From positions 6,208,001 to 6,272,000 of the forward strand of contig OZ245046.1 in the NCBI GenBank assembly GCA_965224245.1: DNA of 64,000 nucleotides, written 5' to 3'. Position 1 is the first letter of the stretch; each line of letters begins with the position of its first letter. Under the pieces are notes generated by a model that ran no database searches, was not told the origin of the DNA, and saw only the letters and a program-made list of their open reading frames with translations. Source of the DNA: Candidatus Eiseniibacteriota bacterium. GTDB taxonomy: Bacteria > Eisenbacteria > RBG-16-71-46 > CAZAMP01. This document shows positions 9,737 through 18,536 of this stretch, piece after piece. The translations under genes and the position numbers were made by a program.

Positions 9737-12087
9737 TGATCTGGATCTCCTTGGTAGAAGAGACCTGACACGGCATTCCTCGGTTCTCCGAGAAGATGGG
9801 TGCCGAAGTAGTCCAACATCAGGCCGTAGCAGTAGCGCCATCCGCCGAGATCATGCCCGGCGCCGGGGACCACGAACATGTCGAAGCGCTTCCCGGCTCG
9901 AATGAAGGCGTCGGCCTGCCGGAAGAGGTGAGATAGCGGTACGAGATCGTCCATCGATCCATTGATCATCAGCAAATGCCCCTGGAGGTTCTCGGCGATA
10001 TCGAGATTGCCCTCGGCACTGGCCTGCCAGGAGACGGCGCCACTCTCCGTGCCGACCTGCGTCACGCCAGCGTAGCGCTCGACCCACTCATTGGAGTAGA
10101 GCATGGGGTCGTTCGGAGCAGTCATCGCGACCCCGACCTTGAAGAACTCTGGATACAGCAGCATGGCGGACACTGCCATGAAGCCGCCAGACGAGCCCCC
10201 GAAGATGCCCACCCGGTCGACGTCGATCCACGGGTGTCGCGCGCCGAGCGCTTCGATGACGGCCTTTTTGTCGGGGAGTCCATAGCCGCGAAAGTCGTCG
10301 CGACCGAATTCGCGGTAGGCGGATCCACGCTCCCAGGTCCCACCTCGGTTTCCGAAGCGGACCACGATGCACCCGAGCTGTGCGACGCTCGTCTCCATGT
10401 TCACGGGCCAGAACGTGCGGGGGATGTACTCCCCTTGCCTGCCTGGATAGACGAAGGTGACGAGGGGGTAACGACGTGTCGGGTCAAAGTCGAACGGCTT
10501 CCACATCACTCCCCACTGCTCCGTCTTTCCATCGGCACCGGGCACATGGAAGACCTCCGGCGGTTTCCATCCCGCGTCCATGAGACTGCTCGTGTCGGCG
10601 TGGTCCAGCTCGAGGATCAAGGCACCGTCCGCATTGCGCAGCACAGTGCGGGTGGGTTGCTCCACGCGAGAGTAGGAGTCCGTGAAGTAATCTCCGCTCG
10701 GGGCAAGGTGGCATCGATGCTCGGCATCCTCGGGTGTGAGCAACCGAGGCTGGCCACCGTCGAGTGCCACCCGATAAAGGTGGCGGTTGTAGGGGTTGCG
10801 CCCACTCTCACGACCCATACCGGTAAAGAAGACGATCTCTCCATCGTCGCCAAAGCCCGCGACCTCATCGACCATCCACGGTCCTTCCGTGACTCGGTTC
10901 ACGAGGGTTCCATCGAGTGCGTAGCGGTACAGATGTCCCCAGCCATCGCGCATCGACCACCAGAGGAGTTCCTTCCGTGCAGGGACCAGTGTGGGCTCGC
11001 GCGTGTAGACCATGCCGTCTTGCGTCTCCTCGACGACTACTCGCGTCGCACCTGTTGATGGATCCGCTGCGCAAAGATCCAGCCGTGTGTAATCTCTATG
11101 TCGGCGAGTGAAGAGAAGCTCGCTTCCATCGGGTAGCCACCAGAGGTTCACCCCGAACAGATCTCCGAGCGTCTGGTTGGGCCACCGCTCCACCTCCACC
11201 TGGGTCATGCGCGCGGATCCGGTGGAGGACCTGTCCATCTCACCTATCCAGAGCTCCCAGCGCGGAACCCTTCCGCCCACGGAAGGAGACTTGATCGTCT
11301 GCAGGGTCGGTCGTGGCTCGGAAATGTCGTCGATCAGCCACAGATCATCCACATCCCGAAGGTCTGCGCGTTTGACCGCAAAGTGGTGCGAATCCGGGGA
11401 CCACGAGACGGCGACGGCCCGGGGGCTCATCTCGTCATCGCCAACCAGCTCCCATTCGTCGCCCCAGCTGTTCGCGTAACTGCCATCGGATGTCAGCCGG
11501 ACGGCCTTCTCCGGTGGTTGATCCCCTGAGGACAGATAAAGTTCGTTGCCGCGTGCGAAGATGCACCACCGACCATCCGGGGAGAGTGCGCGCCACGCTT
11601 CCACAGGTGGATCGGTGGCAAGGGAGTCGATGAAGCTGAGTCGTTTGTCGTGGCGATCGTATGCGTACGTAGCTCCTGCGTGGTCGAACTCGAACTGCCG
11701 GTGCCCCTCGCGCAATGTGATCCGACGGAGGTCGAGCTGCGTTGCATCCGACCTGGTCCCGGTCAGACGTTCGAGCGCTGCGGCGAGAACGGTCGAAGCG
11801 AACAGCGGTTCCCGTAGGGCCCGCGACGGATCGATCAACCAGTAGTGCCGTCCGACGTGATCGAGAAACCGGTACCAGAAGACCGCCTCGCCGTCCGCCC
11901 ATTGTGGCTGGATCTCGGTGCTATACATGAGATCGTAGAGTCCAATCGGAGACCACCGCGCCGCGCCTTCGTAGTCGACACGCTCGACACTCTCTCCTGC
12001 GATCAACTCGGCGGGCGAAGCCGAGGCTGTGAGGCAGACGAGCCAGAGCGCTCGAGAGATCGTGGCCGAACGGAGGAAGCGACGCAT
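9733..12087 (-). CDS. S9 family peptidase (DPP IV-like)
   Basis: Signal peptide; DPPIV N-terminal propeller; GIFGGSSGG nucleophile motif, GSMDDLV, PGAGHD. Confidence 0.9.
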   Translation of the reverse strand: MRRFLRSATISRALWLVCLTASASPAELIAGESVERVDYEGAARWSPIGLYDLMYSTEIQPQWADGEAVFWYRFLDHVGRHYWLIDPSRALREPLFASTVLAAALERLTGTRSDATQLDLRRITLREGHRQFEFDHAGATYAYDRHDKRLSFIDSLATDPPVEAWRALSPDGRWCIFARGNELYLSSGDQPPEKAVRLTSDGSYANSWGDEWELVGDDEMSPRAVAVSWSPDSHHFAVKRADLRDVDDLWLIDDISEPRPTLQTIKSPSVGGRVPRWELWIGEMDRSSTGSARMTQVEVERWPNQTLGDLFGVNLWWLPDGSELLFTRRHRDYTRLDLCAADPSTGATRVVVEETQDGMVYTREPTLVPARKELLWWSMRDGWGHLYRYALDGTLVNRVTEGPWMVDEVAGFGDDGEIVFFTGMGRESGRNPYNRHLYRVALDGGQPRLLTPEDAEHRCHLAPSGDYFTDSYSRVEQPTRTVLRNADGALILELDHADTSSLMDAGWKPPEVFHVPGADGKTEQWGVMWKPFDFDPTRRYPLVTFVYPGRQGEYIPRTFWPVNMETSVAQLGCIVVRFGNRGGTWERGSAYREFGRDDFRGYGLPDKKAVIEALGARHPWIDVDRVGIFGGSSGGFMAVSAMLLYPEFFKVGVAMTAPNDPMLYSNEWVERYAGVTQVGTESGAVSWQASAEGNLDIAENLQGHLLMINGSMDDLVPLSHLFRQADAFIRAGKRFDMFVVPGAGHDLGGWRYCYGLMLDYFGTHLLGEPRNAVSGLFYQGDPDQ

Positions 12088-12092
12088 CGGGC

Positions 12093-13010
12093 TCAGTCTC
12101 CACTTGATTTGGGGGGGCTGTCGGGCTCCTCCTGCGTGCCTCCCTCGCCGCACAACTCACGGAAGCCGAGATCTCCGCCGGGAGGGAACTCCTCGAGCAG
12201 GTGTTGGTACTCGGTGCGCAATTCCGAAACGGAGCGTGCGTTCTCCAGCAGAGCCGTAAAGGAGTAGAGGAACAGATCACTGTTGACGTACGAGTAGAAC
12301 TGGCGAGCGAGGAAAAGACTCTCGCTCCACGCCGCTTCCAACACCTCCGTCCCACCATGGGCGATCAGCGCCATGAGGAACTGCCTCCCATCGACAAAGA
12401 GCGTGAGCCACTGCGATCCCACCGCTCGTCGCGTGGCTTCTCCCATCGGGCTGTGGATGGTGCGCACACCCTCGAGCACCTCGCCGGCGTAGGTACGCAC
12501 GGCGACGCGCAGATCTCGGCGTCCGGCAGCAGCCAGGTCGTCGCGAAGATGCTCGATGGGCTCGGGGGACAGCTCGGATAGAGCGCTCTGCTCGCACGCG
12601 CGCAGCATGTGCCGGTAGCGTTCGTAGATCTGTGAGACTGATCCCAAACGGTAGATGCGGTTCTCACGTCCGCTATCGGGTAATGCCGCGGCGGCCTCGA
12701 GGACCTGGGTCCGACGCGCGCGGAATCGAGACTCGAGCTGCTCGAGGAACTCGGGAACGGCAACCGCGCGAAACCGACCTCCCTTGTCGTCCTCAGACAG
12801 CAGCGCCCCCTGGGCCTTGAGTGACTCGAGTGAACGGTAGGTGGTGGTAAACGAACGTCCGAGCGCCTTCGCGATCCTGTACCCCGTGGCGGGTGGGGAC
12901 TGGAGGAGATACGAGTAGATCTCAGCCTCCAGCACGCTAAGCCCAAGTTCTTGAAGAAGTTGGGTGAATTCATCATTCTGGCTCGAGCGCCGTTCATTAT
13001 TCATCCTCAT
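12093..13010 (-). CDS. TrmB family transcriptional regulator
   Basis: LQELGLSVLEAEIYSYLL...TGYRIAKALG...YRSLESLKAQG winged HTH; first gene of the peptidase operon. Confidence 0.8.
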   Translation of the reverse strand: MRMNNERRSSQNDEFTQLLQELGLSVLEAEIYSYLLQSPPATGYRIAKALGRSFTTTYRSLESLKAQGALLSEDDKGGRFRAVAVPEFLEQLESRFRARRTQVLEAAAALPDSGRENRIYRLGSVSQIYERYRHMLRACEQSALSELSPEPIEHLRDDLAAAGRRDLRVAVRTYAGEVLEGVRTIHSPMGEATRRAVGSQWLTLFVDGRQFLMALIAHGGTEVLEAAWSESLFLARQFYSYVNSDLFLYSFTALLENARSVSELRTEYQHLLEEFPPGGDLGFRELCGEGGTQEEPDSPPKSSGD

Positions 13011-13080
13011 GTGGATGAGTATCGTCCTCGCGCCGGCAGCGGTCAAGTCGTGAATCCGCGACGGTGGAGGGAATCGCCAA

Positions 13081-14456
13081 GGTAGTGCACGGATTCTTTC
13101 GCTCTTTCAGTCGTCCTTCAGTCTGCTTGACCTGAGAGCGAGCGTCAGCTCGCGTTCCGCTTCTTCTCCTTCTCGAGCAGCTCCATCGCCAGGTACTTCC
13201 TCAGACCCCACTTGGTCCCCGCGATGTGCCTGAGACGTGCGGCGACGAGCATCAGCGCTGACTTTCCATCCGGGAAGGCACCGACAACGCGGGTGCGTCT
13301 TCGGATCTCTCGCATGATCCGTTCGAGCGGGTTGTTGGTCCGGATCCGGCGCCAGTGCTCGCTCGGGAACCCGTAGTAGCTGAGGGTCTCCTCGACGCCC
13401 TCCGAGACGATCTCGGCCGCCTTCGTCAGCTTCATCGCCCGGAGCTTCTTGGCCACCGTCTTGGCCTTCGCACGAGCCTCTGCACGGTCTTCCTGCGCGT
13501 GGATGGCCTTCAGCATCGACACCACGTCGCGCATCCGACCTCTCGGCGTCGCCGTCATCACGTTCCGGTAGAAGTGCACGATGCACCGCTGCCACTTCGC
13601 GTCGGGGAAGCACTCCCCGAGCGCCTCCACCAGCCCTAGGCACTTGTCACTGGTGACGAGCTGGACGCCGGACAGGCCCCGTCGCTTCAGATGCCTCAGG
13701 AAGCCCAGCCAGCTCTCGTGGTCCTCTTTCGCGCCCTCGGCCACCCCGAGGATGTGGCGGTAGCCGTCCGTACCCACACCGAACGCCACGAGCACCGAGA
13801 CGCTGTGCACCTCGCCGCCCCAGCTCCGCTTCAGGTAGATCCCGTCCAGGTACACGTACGGGTACTCACCCTCGATCGGACGGTCGCGCCAGGCGTCGAT
13901 CCGGTCGTAGATCCGCTGGTTCAGGTCCGACACCGTGCTCGGGCTCACGCGGGTGCCCCAGAGCGCTTCGGTGATGTCTTCCACGCGCCGGACCGACACG
14001 CCCGCCAGGTACATCTCCACCAACGCCTCTTCCACCGAGCTCTCGCGCCGCCGATAGCGCTCGATGATCGACGTCTCGAACGGGACCGAACGGAGCTTCG
14101 GCACCTTCAGCGTCACCTCGCCGGCCTTCGTCTGCAGCTTCCGCTCGTACTTCCCGGCGCGCGTGTCCACGCGATCGGGCGAGCGCTCGTAGCGCCCCGC
14201 GCCGCAGAGACGGTCCGCTTCAGCGTCCAGCAGGCTGTTCAGCGTCTCCTCCACGGTCCCCCGGACGATCCGATCGACGTGCGCCGTCATCTCCGCCTCG
14301 TCGATCTTGATCACCTTCGACAGCGCGCGCGGTGTATCCTTCGACACGTGGTCCTCCTGGTCCTGGTTCGTGGGTTGTCTAGCCACTTCCATTGAACCAG
14401 ACTGAGGACCACTTTTCCGTCTCTACCGGAGTGTGCGAAAGAAACCGTACGTTATC
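13081..14456 (-). mobile_element. IS256-family insertion sequence, intact
   Basis: Imperfect terminal IRs (GGTAGTGCACGGATTCTTTCGC vs GATAACGTACGGTTTCTTTCGC) and 8-bp direct repeat ATCGCCAA at 13073-13080 and 14457-14464. Confidence 0.92.
13145..14347 (-). CDS. IS256 family (Mutator-type) transposase
   Basis: VYLDGIYLK, LVTSDKCLGL, WQRCIVHFYRN, IRTNNPLERIMREIRRRTRVVGAFP; GGAGG RBS before GTG 14347. Confidence 0.95.
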   Translation of the reverse strand: MSKDTPRALSKVIKIDEAEMTAHVDRIVRGTVEETLNSLLDAEADRLCGAGRYERSPDRVDTRAGKYERKLQTKAGEVTLKVPKLRSVPFETSIIERYRRRESSVEEALVEMYLAGVSVRRVEDITEALWGTRVSPSTVSDLNQRIYDRIDAWRDRPIEGEYPYVYLDGIYLKRSWGGEVHSVSVLVAFGVGTDGYRHILGVAEGAKEDHESWLGFLRHLKRRGLSGVQLVTSDKCLGLVEALGECFPDAKWQRCIVHFYRNVMTATPRGRMRDVVSMLKAIHAQEDRAEARAKAKTVAKKLRAMKLTKAAEIVSEGVEETLSYYGFPSEHWRRIRTNNPLERIMREIRRRTRVVGAFPDGKSALMLVAARLRHIAGTKWGLRKYLAMELLEKEKKRNAS

Positions 14457-14464
14457 ATCGCCAA

Positions 14465-14858
14465 ACCACCGGCTCGCGATCGGGGAGTGCCACGAAGCAC
14501 CAGGATGCCGTAGAGCGTGAAGCAGGACGGCTGTCGTCACGGCGGCGCGCCAGATGCCCCGGGGCTCCAATGCTCGCAGAATCAGTCCTCGGTAGAGAAC
14601 ATCCTCGACGAACGCACCGAGCAACGTAAGGAAGAGCAACCCGGCGACTCGCGTCGGAGAAGGATTACGATCGGCAGCGACAGGGAGAGGTCGACCCCCA
14701 TCACATTCAGATTCAGGTAGTGGAGACTGAATAGGTAGATGAAGAGAAACAGCGTGAGGATCGAAGCGTACAGGATGTAGATCGACAGCAACCTGTTTCG
14801 CATCTTGCTGAAGACGAGGCCTGTGATGGCGAGTGAGCCGACGCCGGTCAGTACGAGC
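14465..14858 (-). pseudogene. Frameshifted fragment of a CPBP/CAAX-type intramembrane protease
   Basis: Hydrophobic segment in one frame, GAFVEDVLYRGLILRAL (EExxxRG-like) in another; abuts IS256. Confidence 0.5.
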
Positions 14859-17800
14859 CTACCTCGCACCCTTCGCCGATAGCAGAACCATCTTCCTCGT
14901 CTCCCTCCGGTCGTTCGCTTCCACGCGGCAGAAGTACACGCCCGGGGGAACCCGGCCGCCGTCGAAGAGGAGTTCATGGCGTCCCGGGGCGAGTGGCCCA
15001 TCGACGAGGGTCTCCATGAGCCGCCCCGCCGCATCGTAGACGAGCACCTTCGCGTGTCCCGCCGTCTCGAGACGAAGCTCGAGCCGCGTCTCACCAGAAA
15101 ACGGATTGGGAACGTTTGGGGACAGCATCCGGCCGTCCGGATCGATCGGCGGCGCTTCGGGATCTCCGCCGCCGGCGATCCCACCCCGGAAGAAGCGCTC
15201 GTGATACAGGCTCGTTCCGGCGGAGTCGAGGACGTCGAAATCGAAGAACGGCTCACCGCGGGCCGCCGAGCTCCCCGTATCCAGGACGAAGGCCCCGAAG
15301 TTGTACGTCTCCGCCTCGAAGAGAACGTCCGTGACCGCCGCATCGACCGGGGTGACCGGGAACGGGTCGGTCCCGATCGGCGTGGTGTTGAACTCGTGGA
15401 GCACGTACGGATCCGCGTCATGCAACCGGTAGACGCCGGCGTAATGCTGATCGCCCGAGAGGAGCACCACCCCCGGCGGCACCTGGTCACGGATGAACGC
15501 GAAGATCTCGTCTCGCTCGGTGAGATACCCCGACCACTTGTCGTTGTGAGTCTCCGCGAAGGTGCGCCATGGAACCGAAGAAACGATGAACCGGAACACG
15601 CCGTCGGAGTTCGCCAGCCAGTCGAGCAACGCCGCCTTCTGCGTGGCTCCGAGCATGGTCTTGAAGGAATCGTCCGGCGCCGCGTTGTCACTTCGATACG
15701 TGCGCGTGTCGAGAACGAAGAAGTCCACCTGCCCGACCCGGAAGTCGTAGTACTCGACCCCGTAGGGTCGAAATCCCGGGTTCATCGCGTCCTGGTACTC
15801 ATCGTACGCGGCCACTGCATCGTAGTACCGCTCGAACTGCCCCTGGTCCCAATCGTTGTCGATCTCGTGATCGTCCCAGATCATGATCGTCGAATGGCTT
15901 CGAACGTAGTCCGCCATGCGACGTTCGCCCCAGTTCTCCTTGTACTTCCGGCGGTACGCCGCCCGCACGTCCGGCAACTGGCCGGGAACCCCGGTAACGA
16001 TGTCGTTCGGTGCGTCCGCGTAGATCTGGTCCCCCATCAGCAGCGTGAAGTCCGCGTCGCGCGCGGCCATCGCGACGAAGGGGTCGTACGGGTTGTACCC
16101 CGCGAAGCGCAGGTCCCCCGCCATCAGAAACGTGAACGTTCCCGACACGCTGGCGGGTGGTAGCGTACGAAAGGTCGAAACCGTCGTGGAGTCGACGACG
16201 CCGTCGAAGAGGACGCGGTAGTCATACGTCGTCGAGGCCGCGAGCCCGATGAGCGTCGTCGCATCCGCGAAGTCGTCCGTCGCCACGAGAGGTACCCCGG
16301 CGCTGGTCGTCCCGGGCCACGGGTCCTCAGGGAGCTTGAACTGCACGGTGAGGGTTGCCGCACGATCTGCGCGGGCCCAGACCTTCGCGGTCGAGTCGGT
16401 GGTCGCGCCAACGGCCCCGCCGTGCGTGAGACGCGGCTGTGCCCCGAACCCGGCCGCCACGAGCACCGCGCCGGAGGCAGGTGCGGACCAGGGCGCCTCT
16501 CCCGGGGATCCGACCGCCAGGTCCGCGCAGCCGTCCCCGTTCCAGTCGGCGATCGCCAGCGCGAAGCCAAACGCATCGCCCTCTTCGCTGCTGGTTCCCA
16601 CGAGCTCCTGCGTCAGCAGGTCGCCGGTCGTGATCCCGGCAGGTCCGCCGGGGAAGAGGACGACCGCCCCGGCGGCGTCCGGATCCGGCGCCGGGCGCTC
16701 GTCGGGAGCGCCCGCGGCCAGGTCGTCGAAGCCGTCTCCGTTCAGATCCCCGGCCGCGAGCGATGCGCCGAAGTGATCGGCGGTCTCGCTCACCTCGCCC
16801 GCGTCCTCCTGGCGGATCATGATGCCCGTCGCCAGGCCGGCCTCCGATCCGAGGAAGACGTAGATGCGTCCCGATGCGTCGTCCGATGCGGACGCGTAGT
16901 CGCCCGGGGCCCCGATTGCAAGGTCGCTGAAGCCGTCGCCGTCGAAGTCGCCCGTCGTGAGCACGGAACCGAACACGGCCCCCGCGTGAACCGGCTCGCC
17001 GGCGTCCTGTGCGTCGAGGGCGACGCCTGCCGTCAAGCCGGCGGCGGATCCGTTCAGAACGAACACCGCTCCCGCGTTCGACGTCCCGCCCACGTCCTCT
17101 CCGGGGGTCCCGATCGCAAGGTCGCTGATGCCGTCACCGTCGAAGTCGCCCGCCGCGAGTGCCGCACCGAACTCGTCTCCGTTCCCGTTCGTGCCGCCGG
17201 CCAGCCCTTGATCGAGGGATGACCCCGCGCCGAGGCCGGACCCCGTTCCGGGGAAGACGTAGACCACGCCGGCCTGCGTGCCTCCGATCGACTTGCCCGG
17301 TGTCCCCACCGCGAGGTCTGGCAGTCCGTCATCGTCGAAGTCTCCCGCGGCCAGCGCTGTCCCGAATGCGTCATCCGCCTCGTCGGTCCCGCCGCCGCTG
17401 GACTCGCCGAACATGTCGCCAGCCTGCGGGCCGGCCGCCGATCCCATGAAGACGAACACCGAACCGACGTCCGCCAGCGCCCCTGACGGCCGGCCGGGCG
17501 CGCCGACGACGAGGTCCGTGTGGCCGTCGCCATCGAAGTCGGCGGTGGTGATCACGGCGCCAAAGCGGTCGCCGTCCGTTCCGGTCACGCCGGCGTCGCT
17601 CGGTTGGAGATAGCCGAAGTGCCCGGCCGCCGGGCCGGCGCCCGAGCCCTGCGACAGAATGACGACCCCGCTCCGAATGCCGGACAGCACCTCGCCCGGT
17701 ACGCCGATGGCCAGGTCCGGATAGGAATCCGGATCGAGGTGTCCGGAACCGAAGGCGGAGCCGAAGCCATCGAGACTCTCGTTCGCGCACGCGCACAGGT

Positions 17801-17930
17801 GCGGCTGGGTCAGCAGCTGAACCTCGGTCGGGCTCAGCAGGTCGGGGAAGCCCGCGTACGAGGGCTGCGGCAGGGTTGCCGCAGCAATCGCGAGGGCGGA
17901 TGAGAAGAGCATGGTCCATCGGCATTGCAT
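14859..17930 (-). CDS. Secreted FG-GAP (integrin-alpha-like) propeller fused to PhoD-type alkaline phosphatase and FlgD/T9SS-like CTD
   Basis: DFDGDGxxDLAIGAP repeats; PhoD motifs MGDQIYAD, IWDDHEI, LDTRTYR, LGATQKAAL, LSGDQH; terminal PNPF..YDAAGR..GVYF. Confidence 0.88.
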   Translation of the reverse strand: MQCRWTMLFSSALAIAAATLPQPSYAGFPDLLSPTEVQLLTQPHLCACANESLDGFGSAFGSGHLDPDSYPDLAIGVPGEVLSGIRSGVVILSQGSGAGPAAGHFGYLQPSDAGVTGTDGDRFGAVITTADFDGDGHTDLVVGAPGRPSGALADVGSVFVFMGSAAGPQAGDMFGESSGGGTDEADDAFGTALAAGDFDDDGLPDLAVGTPGKSIGGTQAGVVYVFPGTGSGLGAGSSLDQGLAGGTNGNGDEFGAALAAGDFDGDGISDLAIGTPGEDVGGTSNAGAVFVLNGSAAGLTAGVALDAQDAGEPVHAGAVFGSVLTTGDFDGDGFSDLAIGAPGDYASASDDASGRIYVFLGSEAGLATGIMIRQEDAGEVSETADHFGASLAAGDLNGDGFDDLAAGAPDERPAPDPDAAGAVVLFPGGPAGITTGDLLTQELVGTSSEEGDAFGFALAIADWNGDGCADLAVGSPGEAPWSAPASGAVLVAAGFGAQPRLTHGGAVGATTDSTAKVWARADRAATLTVQFKLPEDPWPGTTSAGVPLVATDDFADATTLIGLAASTTYDYRVLFDGVVDSTTVSTFRTLPPASVSGTFTFLMAGDLRFAGYNPYDPFVAMAARDADFTLLMGDQIYADAPNDIVTGVPGQLPDVRAAYRRKYKENWGERRMADYVRSHSTIMIWDDHEIDNDWDQGQFERYYDAVAAYDEYQDAMNPGFRPYGVEYYDFRVGQVDFFVLDTRTYRSDNAAPDDSFKTMLGATQKAALLDWLANSDGVFRFIVSSVPWRTFAETHNDKWSGYLTERDEIFAFIRDQVPPGVVLLSGDQHYAGVYRLHDADPYVLHEFNTTPIGTDPFPVTPVDAAVTDVLFEAETYNFGAFVLDTGSSAARGEPFFDFDVLDSAGTSLYHERFFRGGIAGGGDPEAPPIDPDGRMLSPNVPNPFSGETRLELRLETAGHAKVLVYDAAGRLMETLVDGPLAPGRHELLFDGGRVPPGVYFCRVEANDRRETRKMVLLSAKGAR

Positions 17931-17945
17931 GGCGCTTCGCCTGAC

Positions 17946-18207
17946 CCCGTAGTGTCCGAGAATGCGACCGCGTTCCCAGATAGTAGCTCACGAACCCCGT
18001 GCCAGACTCGTCGCATGAGCCTGATCATCCATCTCCAGCTCCTGCTTCCGACGTTCTCGGCCTGGATCGGACACCGGCAGGCATCCGTCATCATGTACCT
18101 GATCGAGGAACCGCGTCCTCGAAGAGCAGCCGAAGCCCGGCGGGCAGTCGCGCCCGCTCCGCCGACGACCAGGGCGTGAGGTCGTTCGGCTTCTCGGACA
18201 CGACGGG
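17946..18207 (+). mobile_element. MITE-like internally deleted integrase-core IS relic with both terminal IRs
   Basis: CCCGTAGTGTCCGAGAA (17946) and TTCTCGGACACGACGGG (18191-18207) form a 17-bp IR with 1 mismatch; inside is the transposase N-terminus MSLIIHLQLLLPTFSAWIGHRQASVIMYLIEE. Confidence 0.85.
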
Positions 18208-18536
18208 CTTCAGACGACGAACCGTGGCTGCACTGTAACCTCTGCATATTCAATGACGTGTGGCTGGTGGGTGTGTCGTGTCTCCGGCCGACCGCCACCA
18301 AACTCGCCAGGCGTGGCCCCTTTTTGGCTCGGGCTACGCGTTGTGCGTAGTGGGCGTACGATCCCCTGACGCGAGCGAGGTTTCCCATGTCGCCTGTCTC
18401 CCTCGACGTTCTCAAAGGTGCAATCTCTCCCTGGTCATCGTCCAGGGGCCTGGATGTTCCAGCGCGGTCCAGGTACGGGCAGTCACCGACATACCTGCTT
18501 CATCGATACACGCCAACCCGAACTCTGGAGGACATC

